Source of the DNA: Candidatus Eiseniibacteriota bacterium
Lineage (GTDB): Bacteria; Eisenbacteria; RBG-16-71-46; CAIMUX01; VGJL01
NCBI GenBank assembly: GCA_963792585.1
Contig: CAWBWI010000001.1
Span: 384,001-448,000, forward strand
Direction of reading: 5' to 3'
DNA length: 64,000 bases
Part shown: piece after piece, positions 10,583-20,719 of the stretch
Position numbering within the stretch: position 1 is the first letter of the stretch
Layout of the letters: every line of letters starts with the position of its first letter
Position numbers and translations under genes: made by a program
The notes under the pieces: model-generated
The model's input: the letters and a program-made list of their open reading frames with translations, nothing else
What the model was told of the DNA's origin: nothing
The model's database searches: none

Positions 10583-13474
10583 ATGACGTTTCGCCGACTC
10601 ATCGGTCGCGTCCCCTCCGCGGTCGGGCTCGCCCTCCTTGCGGGTGCGCTCTTCGCAGGTTGCTCGGAACCCGGCCGTCCGGAAGCTCCACCGGCGGGTT
10701 CGCCCGGCCGATTCCGGGGAACGATCGCCGGAGAGGATCTGCCGAACGGTCTCGCCGCCCAACTCCATGTTCGCACCCTGGCCGGCGTCGCCTCCGTGGA
10801 CAGCGACGGGAGTTTCGAAGTCGGGGCCGATTCGACCGACGCGGAGCAACCCCTGATTGCGACGACCGCGGACGGGACGCCCGTCTTCCTCGCCTTCGCC
10901 CGTGCCTCGTCTTCCGGCGTCGAGCTCGGCGCGGCGAGCTCGATCCGCTCCCTGCTCCAGCTCGATCCGTTCTTGCTGGGCCTGCCCGACTCCACGCGAG
11001 GGTCTCTCGTGACGAACGCGCAACCCTTGGTGGCCGAAGCGGTCGCACTCGTTCGGAATCGTCTCGGCCAGGGCAGGATCCGGTACCTCGTCGATCGGGA
11101 CGATCTCGAGATCCAGAGACTCCTCGCGATGGCGCTGCGGGAGGCGGGTGGGCTTGGAGACGGCGGCTGCCCGAGCGGCGATGGGAGCTCCGTGAACCCG
11201 GCGCTCTCGCCGCGCGTGGAGTCGGGGTCGACCGGGACCCGATCGCCGGTGGTTGTCAACCCGGTCCCGACGCACTTCTCCCTGTCGATCGACGACTACT
11301 ACAATCTGGCACGCAGGTCCGTCGTCTCCCTGGATTCCGCGCCGCTCGCGGGACTCGATCGAGTGGGAGAGCCATCGCGCAAGCAGATCGATCTCGGCTC
11401 GGGGCGCTACCGCCTGCAGTTCAGCAACGGCACGCAAGGGGCCGCCGGATCTCCGGATTCCCCGGGGTGGGTTGCCATGAGGGCGGATCTGGGTGGGATG
11501 GCCGGGGCGATGCTGGATCTCCTGCGGATCGGCTCGGGCGCGCCGTGGCGTTCCGATCCCGCAATCTTGAAGCCGGAGGATCTCCAGAGGATCGAGGCGT
11601 ATCGGGCTGCCCTCGCCGATGGAGCTCCGGGAGCGCTCATCATTGCAGCCTACGACCTCCTGAGCCGCAATGCGGAAGTCTTCGTCCCCGGCGCCGATCG
11701 CATTCTGGTCGAGGCTTTGTGCTCCGCCGGAATCGCTCAGGGGGAAGCGTCGACCGAAGTGTATCCCGGGCCGTTCGTGTGCGCCCTCGCGCATCCGCCC
11801 GTCATCGACGGGGGGAACATCCGCGTCAACGGAGCGCTCGTCTCGGCAATCGATCCGCCGGGGCTCGTCCGCAGGCCGGCGGCAGTCGATGCGATCTACC
11901 TTCGCGGGCGAATCGTCGTCACCTGGCAGGATGTCGCGACCAACGAGGAAGCCTACGTCATCGAGAGGACGCACGGGGCGGCGTCGGAGGAGATCGCGCG
12001 TCTCGGCGAGGATGCCCGCGCGTTCACGGATCCGTCGATCCAGCCCGCGACGACCTACAGCTACCGTGTGCTTGCGCTCAATCGGGTGGCCCGATCCGAT
12101 TGGAGCGAGCCGTATCCGATCGAAACGCCCGCGGAGATCGACACCATCGCCCCCGGAGCCGTTGAAGATCTCCGTGCAGAGAGCGCTGGCGTGGGATCGA
12201 TCCTTCTCTCGTGGACCGCGCCGGGCGACGACGATCAAGCGGGGACCGCCGGGGGGTACAACGTGCGCGTCTCGATCGAGCCGATCACTCCCGCCAATTG
12301 GTGGACCGCCACCCAACTCCCGAACGCCCCGAGGCCCGGCGTGGCGGGAACGAGGGAGTACCTCTTCGCATACGGCCTGTCGGAGGGCAGCACATACTCC
12401 TTTGCGCTCGAAACCTACGATGATTCGAACAACAGGTCGCGCCTCTCGAATGTGGCATCCGCGGCGACCGGTGGGGGGGCGTCGTGGGCGACCACCTTCC
12501 AGCCCAGCCCGGAAGGGCAAGGCTTGGACGGCAGCGTCGAGGCCTTCGTCATGCGTGAAGGAATGCTGGTCGCAGGAGGGACCTTCGTCGCCGGCGGAGG
12601 GGCCACACTCAACCACATCGGTCAATGGGACGGGACGCGGTGGCATCCTCTCGGGACAGGCCTCAACCGGTGGGTGTTCGCCATGATCGAGTTCAACGGC
12701 GATCTCTACGCGGGCGGGCTCTTCACCGCGGCCGGGGATGTGGAGACAAAGGGAATCGCTCGATGGGACGGGACGGCATGGCACCCCGTCGGCGGAGGTT
12801 TCGATGCGGGGGTCTATGCGCTCGCCGTCTACAAAGGGGAGTTGTACGCGGCAGGCGCCTTCCAGATGTCGGGGGACCGGGTGCTGCACGGCATCGCGCG
12901 CTGGGACGGCCGGGAATGGAATCCGCTCGGGACAGGGGTGAACAACCAGGTCTTCGCGATGACCGAGTACAAGGGCGACCTGATCGTGGGAGGAGACTTC
13001 CTGGACGCGGGTGGCATGCCGGACACCCATGAGATCGCCCGATGGGACGGGGCGGGCTGGCATCCGATGGGGACCGGGATGGACCTCGACTACGTTCGCG
13101 CGCTCGTCGTCTCGGGTGACGATCTGTATGCGGGCGGGCAGTTCATCCACGCCGGCGGCGTGGTTGCCAACAGCGTGGCGCGATGGGACGGTCAATCCTG
13201 GCATGCGCTCGATGAGGGCCTGGATCGTTGGGTCGGCGCCCTCGCAGTGGTCGACGGAGATCTCATCGCCGGAGGGTCCTTCCTCAACGCCAGCGGGGTC
13301 GCCGCCGCGCACCTCGCCCGATGGAACGGTTCCGGATGGGCGCCTTTCTACGGGGGCCCGGCGAACGGGGAGGTCCATGCGATTCTCCCCACCGACGCCG
13401 GCTTGATGATCGGCGGATGGTTCACGCGCACGGGCGGCGTCGCCTCCTCCTACATCGCCCGATGGGGACCGTGA
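10583..13474 (+). CDS. Large lipoprotein: unknown N-terminal region, two FN3 domains, C-terminal seven-repeat beta-propeller
   Basis: Lipobox LFAGC; FN3 patterns (VTWQDVATNEEAYVIER; LSWTAPGDD); seven repeats of about 46 aa, G..V.A....G.L.AGG.F...IARWDG..W. Confidence 0.8.
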   Translation: MTFRRLIGRVPSAVGLALLAGALFAGCSEPGRPEAPPAGSPGRFRGTIAGEDLPNGLAAQLHVRTLAGVASVDSDGSFEVGADSTDAEQPLIATTADGTPVFLAFARASSSGVELGAASSIRSLLQLDPFLLGLPDSTRGSLVTNAQPLVAEAVALVRNRLGQGRIRYLVDRDDLEIQRLLAMALREAGGLGDGGCPSGDGSSVNPALSPRVESGSTGTRSPVVVNPVPTHFSLSIDDYYNLARRSVVSLDSAPLAGLDRVGEPSRKQIDLGSGRYRLQFSNGTQGAAGSPDSPGWVAMRADLGGMAGAMLDLLRIGSGAPWRSDPAILKPEDLQRIEAYRAALADGAPGALIIAAYDLLSRNAEVFVPGADRILVEALCSAGIAQGEASTEVYPGPFVCALAHPPVIDGGNIRVNGALVSAIDPPGLVRRPAAVDAIYLRGRIVVTWQDVATNEEAYVIERTHGAASEEIARLGEDARAFTDPSIQPATTYSYRVLALNRVARSDWSEPYPIETPAEIDTIAPGAVEDLRAESAGVGSILLSWTAPGDDDQAGTAGGYNVRVSIEPITPANWWTATQLPNAPRPGVAGTREYLFAYGLSEGSTYSFALETYDDSNNRSRLSNVASAATGGGASWATTFQPSPEGQGLDGSVEAFVMREGMLVAGGTFVAGGGATLNHIGQWDGTRWHPLGTGLNRWVFAMIEFNGDLYAGGLFTAAGDVETKGIARWDGTAWHPVGGGFDAGVYALAVYKGELYAAGAFQMSGDRVLHGIARWDGREWNPLGTGVNNQVFAMTEYKGDLIVGGDFLDAGGMPDTHEIARWDGAGWHPMGTGMDLDYVRALVVSGDDLYAGGQFIHAGGVVANSVARWDGQSWHALDEGLDRWVGALAVVDGDLIAGGSFLNASGVAAAHLARWNGSGWAPFYGGPANGEVHAILPTDAGLMIGGWFTRTGGVASSYIARWGP

Positions 13475-15765
13475 GCGTGCCCCGATCCGTTTCCGTCCAT
13501 GCGTCCAAGGACGGTCCGGACTTCCGATCCCCAGCCGACCCGAAGGATCTATCCACCGTGATGGCGGCGGGCGGCTGGCGGATCGCCATCGGATTGTTCC
13601 TTCTGGCAGTCGTCGTTCGAGGGATCTTCCTGTTGGAGATGTCCGCGAGCCCGCTCTTCCGGATTCCACTCGTGGACGCGGAGACCTACAACACCCTGGC
13701 CCGCCAACTCGCGGAGCACCGGCAATGGAGCAAGGACTTCTTCTGGCAACCTCCCTTCTACCCCTTCTTCCTCTCCTTCACCTACGCGTTGAGCGGCAGC
13801 TCGATGGCGGCGGCCAAGATCGTCCAGGCCCTGATCGGCGGGGTCACCTGCAGCCTGACATTCGTCCTCGGCGCGTTGCTGATGGGGCGGCGCGTCGGCA
13901 TCCTCGCGGGGATCATCGTCGCCTTCTACATGCCGCTGGTCTTCTTCGAGAGCGACCTGATCGCGGCGGGACTGGCCGCACTCTGGTCCGTCCTGTTGAT
14001 GCTGCTCTTGCTCGCGCACGGTCGCGCCGGCGGACGGTGGGGGCTGCTCGCCCTCGGATTCACGGCGGCGGTGGCGGTCTTGACGCGCCCGACGTTCCTG
14101 CCTTTCCTCGTTGGCGCCTTCGGGTGGCTGTGCCTGGTCTCCCATCGCCGGGCGGGGATGCGCGCCGCCGCCTCGGCCGGCCTGCTTGCGCTATGTGGTT
14201 TCGCGCTCGCGGCGATTCCCGCGGCGACGATCAATGGAAGTCGCGTCTCGGGGAAATACACGATCCTTCCCTCATCGGGCGGGATCAACGTCTACATCGG
14301 AAACAACCCGGACGTTTGTCAGACCCTGACGGCGCGTCCCGGTTGGGCTTGGTCCGAACTCACCGCCTTGCCCTACCGCGAGGGCATCGAACGCCGCGCG
14401 GATCAGGAGGCGTTCTATTACGGCAAGGTTCGTGAGTTCTTGAAGTCCGATCCCATGGGGTTCCTCCGAAACCTCGGTCTGAAGACGGTCCGGTTCCTCA
14501 GCTCGCGGGAGATTCCGCGCAACGTCGATCCGTATGCATGTCGACCCTGGTCCCATTTGCTCTCCGCGCTGTTCTGGAAGATCGGAGGGTTCGGATTTCC
14601 CTTTGGCGTTCTTCTGCCGCTGGCCGTCGTGGGCGCCTGGAGAAATCGCGCGAGGGTGCCCGGCGTCATGTGGCTCTTCCTGCTCGCGTTTCCCTTGGCG
14701 GTGATTGCGGTTTTCGTAGCCGACCGCTACCGCGTCCCGATGATTCCGATCCTGTCGATCCTCGCGGCCGGCGGCCTCTGGGCGATCCTGAAGATGCTTC
14801 GCGATCGGGAGGGCCGCGCGATTGCCATGACCTGCGCGGTCCTTGCCGCAACCGTCCTCGCTTCGTGTCTCCCCGGTCCATTCTGCGAGGAGAAGGGCAA
14901 CTCCACCGCGGAACTCGACTTCATGCTCGGACTGGCGAGCTTCAACCAAGCACAGGCCGAGACGGACCCTCGCGCGGCCGCCGCCGACTTGGAGGCCGCG
15001 GGCCGGTACTACCGGAGGGCCATCGCGTCGAATCCCACCTACGCGGACGCGTACAGCGAGCTCGGCAACCTCGCCTTTGCCGGGGGGGAATACAGGGAGG
15101 CGGGGGACTTCTATGCGAAAGCCCTGGAGATCCGGCCGGATCACGGGAAGGCGCTGCACAGCCTCGGCGTGCTCCTCTTCCTGGCCGGCAGCAACGACCC
15201 TGCGATCGACTGCCTCCGCCGAGCGCAGAAGCTCGATCCATCCTTCTCGAAGACTTCCTTCTTCCTGGGCCAGGCGGTTCTGAAGGCGGGAGACGCGGCC
15301 GGGGCGATCCCGATCCTGCGCAAGGCGGTCCGCACGGAAGGGGACCCGGTCTACCGGGCGCTGGGCATGAACTTCCTGGCGGAAGCGCTGATCGCTTCCG
15401 GCGCGCACGGAGAGGGTATCGATCAGTATCGACAGGCAATCGAAGTGGACTCTCGCTGCGCCCCGGCGCTCGCAGGACTGGCCTGGATCCTCGCGACGGA
15501 TCCCGATCCCGTATCGAGGGACGGCGCGACCGCAGCCGGCATCGCCGAGCGCGCGCTCACCCTGGAGGAACCCTCGGCCCGGATCCTGGACGCATTGGCC
15601 GCGAGCTACGCCGCGATCGGGCGATTCCCCGAGGCCGTCGAAGCGGCCAAAGGAGCCCTGGAGGCCGCGCGGGCGCAGGAGGACACGCTCTTGGCATCTC
15701 GGATCGAGGCCCGCATCCGGCTCTATGAAGCCGGCAGACCCTACCGCGAGGGACCGGCCCGCTAG
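13471..15765 (+). CDS. GT-C fold (ArnT/PMT-like) membrane glycosyltransferase with C-terminal TPR repeats
   Basis: VDAETY loop, PPFYPFFL, many TM helices, TRPT, YIGNN, RYRVP, then TPRs; GTG overlaps the upstream TGA (alternative ATG 13561). Confidence 0.8.
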   Translation: MSVPRSVSVHASKDGPDFRSPADPKDLSTVMAAGGWRIAIGLFLLAVVVRGIFLLEMSASPLFRIPLVDAETYNTLARQLAEHRQWSKDFFWQPPFYPFFLSFTYALSGSSMAAAKIVQALIGGVTCSLTFVLGALLMGRRVGILAGIIVAFYMPLVFFESDLIAAGLAALWSVLLMLLLLAHGRAGGRWGLLALGFTAAVAVLTRPTFLPFLVGAFGWLCLVSHRRAGMRAAASAGLLALCGFALAAIPAATINGSRVSGKYTILPSSGGINVYIGNNPDVCQTLTARPGWAWSELTALPYREGIERRADQEAFYYGKVREFLKSDPMGFLRNLGLKTVRFLSSREIPRNVDPYACRPWSHLLSALFWKIGGFGFPFGVLLPLAVVGAWRNRARVPGVMWLFLLAFPLAVIAVFVADRYRVPMIPILSILAAGGLWAILKMLRDREGRAIAMTCAVLAATVLASCLPGPFCEEKGNSTAELDFMLGLASFNQAQAETDPRAAAADLEAAGRYYRRAIASNPTYADAYSELGNLAFAGGEYREAGDFYAKALEIRPDHGKALHSLGVLLFLAGSNDPAIDCLRRAQKLDPSFSKTSFFLGQAVLKAGDAAGAIPILRKAVRTEGDPVYRALGMNFLAEALIASGAHGEGIDQYRQAIEVDSRCAPALAGLAWILATDPDPVSRDGATAAGIAERALTLEEPSARILDALAASYAAIGRFPEAVEAAKGALEAARAQEDTLLASRIEARIRLYEAGRPYREGPAR

Positions 15766-15779
15766 CCGCGCGGTCGGGT

Positions 15780-16850
15780 CTAGAGGAACGTCCGCATCCG
15801 CTGGTACTGCGGGTAGTGCCGTTCGAAGAGCGGGTCCATCTCCTCGATCGCGGCGCGAAGCATCTCCTTCTTCTTCTCATGACGGACGAATGCGCTCTTG
15901 AAGCCGTTGATCAGGATCTTCCTCAAGTCGTAGATCGAGAGCTCGAAGGTCTTGCAGGCGAGCGCGAGTTCGTCGCTCACGGTCGTATTCGAGATCAGAC
16001 GATTGTCGGTATTGATCGTGACCCGGAGTTCCCGATCGAAGTAGTCCTTGAAGGGATGGTCGGAGAGAGAGGAGATCGAACCGGTCTGCACGTTGCTCGT
16101 GATGCACATCTCCAGCGGGATCCGGTGGTCGTTGACGTACTCGAGGAGATCGGGATTCTCCCGCAACCGGGTGCCGTGGCCGATCCTGTGGGCTCCGCAG
16201 TAGTGGAGCGCCTGGTGGATGGAGTCGGGACCGAAGGCTTCGCCCGCGTGCACCGTGACATTGACGTTGTTCTTCAGGATCAGCTGGAACGCCTTCAGGT
16301 GCTCCTTCGCCGGGTAGTCCTTCTCCTCGCCGGCGAGATCGAACCCGACCACGCCGAGGTGCTTGTAGGCGATCGCGAGCTTGGCGAGGAGCAGGCTCGT
16401 TTCGAGCGTGTTGGTCCGGATGCCGCAGATGATGACCCCGCTCACCACGCCGAAATCACGGCGTCCTTTGCGCAGCCCCTCGATCACCGCCTCGACGACG
16501 CGCTCGACGGTGAGCCCGTTGCGCAGGTGGAGAATCGGCGAGTAGCGGACCTCGAGGTAGCGGACATTCTCCGCGGCGACATCCTCGACGAGCTCGTAGG
16601 AGATCCGGCGCAGCGCCTCCTCGTCCTGCATCACGGAGAGGGTCGACTCGAAGGTCTCGATGTAGGCGCCGAGATCGGCCCCCTGCTTCGGAGTCAGGCG
16701 CGTGCGGAGTTCCTCGAGGCTGCCGACGCCGAGTTCGACACCGCGCGCCACCGCGAGATCCCATAGGGTCGAGAGCCGCAAGGAGCCGTCGAGATGGCAG
16801 TGCAGGTCGGTCTTCGGGAGGGCCCGGATCAGTTCGACGGGGATGTCCAT
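15780..16850 (-). CDS. add: Adenosine deaminase
   Basis: LPKTDLHCHLDGS, VGFDLAG, HAGE, RIGHG, INTDN; ATG at 16850. Confidence 0.92.
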   Translation of the reverse strand: MDIPVELIRALPKTDLHCHLDGSLRLSTLWDLAVARGVELGVGSLEELRTRLTPKQGADLGAYIETFESTLSVMQDEEALRRISYELVEDVAAENVRYLEVRYSPILHLRNGLTVERVVEAVIEGLRKGRRDFGVVSGVIICGIRTNTLETSLLLAKLAIAYKHLGVVGFDLAGEEKDYPAKEHLKAFQLILKNNVNVTVHAGEAFGPDSIHQALHYCGAHRIGHGTRLRENPDLLEYVNDHRIPLEMCITSNVQTGSISSLSDHPFKDYFDRELRVTINTDNRLISNTTVSDELALACKTFELSIYDLRKILINGFKSAFVRHEKKKEMLRAAIEEMDPLFERHYPQYQRMRTFL

Positions 16851-18199
16851 GCTTGCTCCATGCGCGCGAAGAGCCGTCGCGCCGCTTCCGATGCTTCCAT
16901 GAAGACCTGCGTACCCGGCAGGCCGATGACCGTCCCGCGGTGAGCGAGGCGCTCGCCGGCGACCCAGACTTCCTCCACGTGCTCGCGCCCCGCGCCGTAG
17001 AGGATGCGTGCGTGCGGCTCCGCGTCCTCCGGCCAGAGACCGGCGCCCGCCGACGGATCGAGCACCACGAAGTCGGCTTCCAATCCCGGCGCGATCCTGC
17101 CGATCCGATCCTCGAGTCCGAGCACGCGCGCGCCGTCTCGCGTCGCGAGTGCGAGGATCGCTTCCGCGTCGACCTCCTGCGGACCGTGGAGGAGCGCCAT
17201 GGTGCTCGCGGCGCGTCGCAGCTCCTCCCAAACGTCGAGGCGGTTGTTGCACGCGCCGCCGTCGCAGCCGATGCCGACCCGGACGCCGTCGCGGCGGAGG
17301 CGCAGCACGTCCGCCGTGCCGGAACCGAGCTTCGCGTTGCTTCCCGGGCAGTGGACGATCGCCGCATTCGTCCGGTGAAGCACGGCGCGGTCGGCGGGAT
17401 CGAGCCAGACTCCGTGCGCGGCGATGAGCCGCGGGGACGCGGCGCCGAGCCTCTCGAGGCGCTCGAAGGTCGAGACGCCGTCGGCTGGACGGGCCGTCTC
17501 CATCTCCTCGCGCGTCTCGCAGGCATGCGTATGGATCAGGAGACCCTCGGCGTCGGCCAGGGATGCGAGATCCCTCCACGCGCCGTCCGATACGGTCGGA
17601 ACGAATCGCGGGGCGAGGCAGAGCGCGACGCGGCCGCCGCGGGGGAAGCGGGGGAGGAGGCGACGCGTCTCCTCGATCGCTTCCCGCGCATCGCGGAGCA
17701 GGGGGGCTGGGACGCCCTCGCCCATGTCCATGATCGCCGTGCCGGTGAACGCGCGGACGCCCGAATCGGCGCACGCGACGGCGATCGCCTCGATGTGGCG
17801 CGTGGTCCCCATGTCGAGGATGGTCGTCGTGCCCCCGGAGAGGAGCTCGAGGAGGCCGAGCCTCGCGGAGGCGCGCAGGGTCGCCGGATCGTGGGCGGCC
17901 TCCATCGGCCAGATCCGCTCCGTGAGCCACGGGCCGAGCGTCCGTCGCTCGGCGGCTCCCCGAAACAAGGTCTGGCAAAGATGGAGGTGGGTCTGGATCA
18001 GGCCGGGGAGGATGATCCGCCCCCGGAGATCGATCTCCCGCGTGCCCGGACCGACCGAGGTCCCGGGTGCGACGAGCGCCTCGATTCTGCCACGAGGGTC
18101 GATCCGGATGTCCTTCGTGACGCACTGCCCGCCGCCGTCGAGCGGCAGGACGTTGGCCCCGCGCAGGATCGCGGCCCGATCTTCGGGAATCGCTGGAAT
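16829..18199 (-). CDS. Amidohydrolase, 5'-deoxyadenosine/MTA-SAH deaminase-like
   Basis: Frame is open upstream of the ORF-track start and contains LPGLIQTHLHLCQTLFRG; HTHACET, AHGVW, HCPGSNAKLGSG, GCDG..CNN; probable ATT start at 18199. Confidence 0.85.
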   Translation of the reverse strand: MPAIPEDRAAILRGANVLPLDGGGQCVTKDIRIDPRGRIEALVAPGTSVGPGTREIDLRGRIILPGLIQTHLHLCQTLFRGAAERRTLGPWLTERIWPMEAAHDPATLRASARLGLLELLSGGTTTILDMGTTRHIEAIAVACADSGVRAFTGTAIMDMGEGVPAPLLRDAREAIEETRRLLPRFPRGGRVALCLAPRFVPTVSDGAWRDLASLADAEGLLIHTHACETREEMETARPADGVSTFERLERLGAASPRLIAAHGVWLDPADRAVLHRTNAAIVHCPGSNAKLGSGTADVLRLRRDGVRVGIGCDGGACNNRLDVWEELRRAASTMALLHGPQEVDAEAILALATRDGARVLGLEDRIGRIAPGLEADFVVLDPSAGAGLWPEDAEPHARILYGAGREHVEEVWVAGERLAHRGTVIGLPGTQVFMEASEAARRLFARMEQAWTSPSN

Positions 18200-18295
18200 G
18201 TTCGCTCCGCTCCTTGACTTAGCCGGAGTCCGGCAGGTAGAAGTCTAGCCGACCGGTCAGCCGGCCGGTCCCGCACGTTAGCCCGATTCCGGGGA

Positions 18296-18859
18296 ATGGG
18301 TCAACGACCCGGGGAGGTGGCCACGGAAGTCCTGTACTCGCGGGAGGCGGTCGAGGCCAGGGTCCACGAGCTGGGGGAGACGATCACGCGCGACTATGCG
18401 GGCCGGCGTCCCCTCGTGATCGCCCTCCTCAAGGGATCGATCGTGTTCATGGCGGACCTGGTCCGGTCGATCGACCTGGACGTCGAGATCGACTTCATCT
18501 CGATCTCCTCCTATCAGAATCGGTCCACCTCATCGGGCTCGGTTCGTCTCCTGCGCGACCTGGATCGGGACATCTACGACCGCGACGTGCTCATCGTCGA
18601 GGACATCATCGACAGCGGCCTCTCCCTCTCCTACATCCGCAAGATGCTACTCGCCCGCAATCCGAAGAGCCTCTCGATCGTCGCCTTCCTCGACAAGCGG
18701 GAACGGCGCACGACGGAGGTCTACGTGGACTACGTCGGGTTCCGAATTCCGGACAGCTTCGTCGTCGGCTACGGGCTCGACTACCGGGAGAGATACCGCG
18801 GCCTGCCCTTCATCGCGGCCCTCGAGCCGGAGGAGATCGCCGAGGGGGAGGGGGCGTGA
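18296..18859 (+). CDS. hpt: Hypoxanthine phosphoribosyltransferase
   Basis: LLKGS, VLIVEDIIDSGLSL (PRPP-binding), FVVGYGLDY. Confidence 0.95.
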   Translation: MGQRPGEVATEVLYSREAVEARVHELGETITRDYAGRRPLVIALLKGSIVFMADLVRSIDLDVEIDFISISSYQNRSTSSGSVRLLRDLDRDIYDRDVLIVEDIIDSGLSLSYIRKMLLARNPKSLSIVAFLDKRERRTTEVYVDYVGFRIPDSFVVGYGLDYRERYRGLPFIAALEPEEIAEGEGA

Positions 18860-19482
18860 GCGGCGGGTACTACGTAGGGATCACGGGCAACATCGGAACC
18901 GGCAAGACCATCCTGACCCGCACCCTCTCGGAGCGACTCGGCTGGGAGGCCTTCTACGAGCCGGTCATCGCCAATCCCTATCTAGAGGACTTCTACGGAG
19001 ACATGAACCGGTGGGCGTTCCACCTGCAGATCTTCTTTCTCTCGGAGCGGTTTCGGGCGATGCAGAGTTGCCTGCAGGCGGGTCGCTCGTTCCTTCAGGA
19101 TCGCACCCTCTATGAGGACGGCGAGGTCTTCGCTCCGACCCTGCGGGACATCGGGATGCTGTCGGAACGCGACTATCGCAACTACCGCGCGCTCTTCGAG
19201 ACCCTCCTGTCGACCGTGCGGCCCCCGGACCGCATCCTCCATCTGACCGCGCCGACCCAGGTGCTGCTCGAGCGGATCCGGCGGCGCGATCGCCCCTATG
19301 AGCGCCACGTCGACGCCGCGTATCTCGGGATGCTCGAGGGGCGCTACGAGGATTGGATCGCCCGGATCGAGCGGACCGTGCCGGTGCGCCGCATCGATAC
19401 CTCGCGCCTCGACCTCGATGCCCGCGACGGCGATCTCGATCGCCTGATCGATGATCTGACGCGGTGGGCGACGGAGGGTTGA
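18856..19482 (+). CDS. Deoxynucleoside kinase (Dck/Dgk family)
   Basis: [35 protein letters not shown]. Confidence 0.92.
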   Translation: MSGGYYVGITGNIGTGKTILTRTLSERLGWEAFYEPVIANPYLEDFYGDMNRWAFHLQIFFLSERFRAMQSCLQAGRSFLQDRTLYEDGEVFAPTLRDIGMLSERDYRNYRALFETLLSTVRPPDRILHLTAPTQVLLERIRRRDRPYERHVDAAYLGMLEGRYEDWIARIERTVPVRRIDTSRLDLDARDGDLDRLIDDLTRWATEG

Positions 19483-20144
19483 TGGAGGAGACGCGCCGCA
19501 AGAAGCGGACACTGATCGGAATCGCGGGGGGAACGGGTTCGGGAAAGACCCTCGTCGCCAACAGGATCAGCGAGGCGCTGGGCGATCGCGAGGTCGTCGT
19601 GCTTCGCCAGGACCACTACTACAAGGACCTTGCCCACCTGCCGTTCGAGGAACGGGTTCGGACGAACTTCGACCATCCCGACGCTTTCGACACGCCGCTC
19701 TTGCGCGCGCACGTCCGCGTCCTCCTCGAAGGCGGGACGATCGCGCAGCCAAACTACGATTTCACACAGCACCTCCGTCTGCCCGATGCGACCCGGGTTG
19801 GAGGTCACCCGATCATTCTGCTCGAGGGGATCATGGTGCTGGGCGACGAGGAACTGCGTTCGATGATGGACATCAAGGTCTACGTCGACACCGATGGCGA
19901 CATCCGCCTCCTCCGCCGGATTCGGCGCGACGTGGCCGAGCGGGGGCGGACCCTCGAGTCGGTCCTCGTTCAGTACGAGCTGCAGGTCAGGCCGATGCAC
20001 CTTCATTTCGTCGAACCGACGAAACGTTATGCGGACATCGTCGTGCCGGAGGGGGGCTACAATCGGGTTGCGATCGACCTGTTGCGCACGAAGATCGTCG
20101 AGATCCTGCGCGAGCGCTGGCCGTTGGAGGGGGAGGGAAGATGA
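19482..20144 (+). CDS. udk: Uridine kinase
   Basis: [37 protein letters not shown]. Confidence 0.95.
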   Translation: MEETRRKKRTLIGIAGGTGSGKTLVANRISEALGDREVVVLRQDHYYKDLAHLPFEERVRTNFDHPDAFDTPLLRAHVRVLLEGGTIAQPNYDFTQHLRLPDATRVGGHPIILLEGIMVLGDEELRSMMDIKVYVDTDGDIRLLRRIRRDVAERGRTLESVLVQYELQVRPMHLHFVEPTKRYADIVVPEGGYNRVAIDLLRTKIVEILRERWPLEGEGR

Positions 20145-20719
20145 GTCACGACCTGCCCCGCGGGACCGGCTGGATCGAGGTGATCTGCGGGCCGATGTTC
20201 AGCGGGAAGACCGAGGAGTTGATCCGCCGCATCCGCCGCGCGCAGATCGCCCGCCAGCGCGTGGCGATCGTGAAGCCCGCGACCGACGTCCGCTACGCGA
20301 CCGATCAGATCGTCTCGCACAGCGAACAGCGGATCCCATCGACCGTCGTGAAGAGTTCGGCCGAGGTGATGGCCGTCGCCGAGGAGGCGGAGGTGATCGG
20401 AATCGACGAGGTGCAGTTCCTCGACGCCGGAATCGTCGAGGTCTGCGAGAGGCTCGCCGATGCCGGGAAGAGGGTGATCGTGGCGGGCCTCGACCAGGAC
20501 TACGCGGCGCGGCCCTTCGAGCCCGTGCCCCAGCTCCTGGCGATGGCGGAGTACATCACGAAGACCCTCGCCATCTGCGTCTGTTGCGGAAACCCCGCGA
20601 ACCGGACACAGAGGGTCGGGGTTGCGGAGGGGCGGATCGCCGTCGGCTCGCTCGAGATGTACGAGGCCAGGTGCCGGCGCTGCTTCGTGCCGCCGGAGAA
20701 GGAGGCGTCCGATGCTTAG
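20141..20719 (+). CDS. tdk: Thymidine kinase
   Basis: [24 protein letters not shown], zinc cysteines, YEARCRRC. Confidence 0.95.
   Translation: MSHDLPRGTGWIEVICGPMFSGKTEELIRRIRRAQIARQRVAIVKPATDVRYATDQIVSHSEQRIPSTVVKSSAEVMAVAEEAEVIGIDEVQFLDAGIVEVCERLADAGKRVIVAGLDQDYAARPFEPVPQLLAMAEYITKTLAICVCCGNPANRTQRVGVAEGRIAVGSLEMYEARCRRCFVPPEKEASDA

Noticed and set aside
10565..13669. Very long antisense or alternate-frame ORFs (also 34045-37494, 10237-12165 and others)
   Set aside because: Shadow ORFs typical of high-GC DNA; Arg/Pro/Gly-rich, motif-free and overlapping well-supported genes
15780..18125. 781-aa ORF suggesting a long N-terminal extension on adenosine deaminase
   Set aside because: The extension is an off-frame read through the amidohydrolase gene; Add homology starts at ATG 16850
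18200..18295. Purine riboswitch between the divergent salvage operons
   Set aside because: The gap is under 100 nt and lacks recognisable purine riboswitch core motifs
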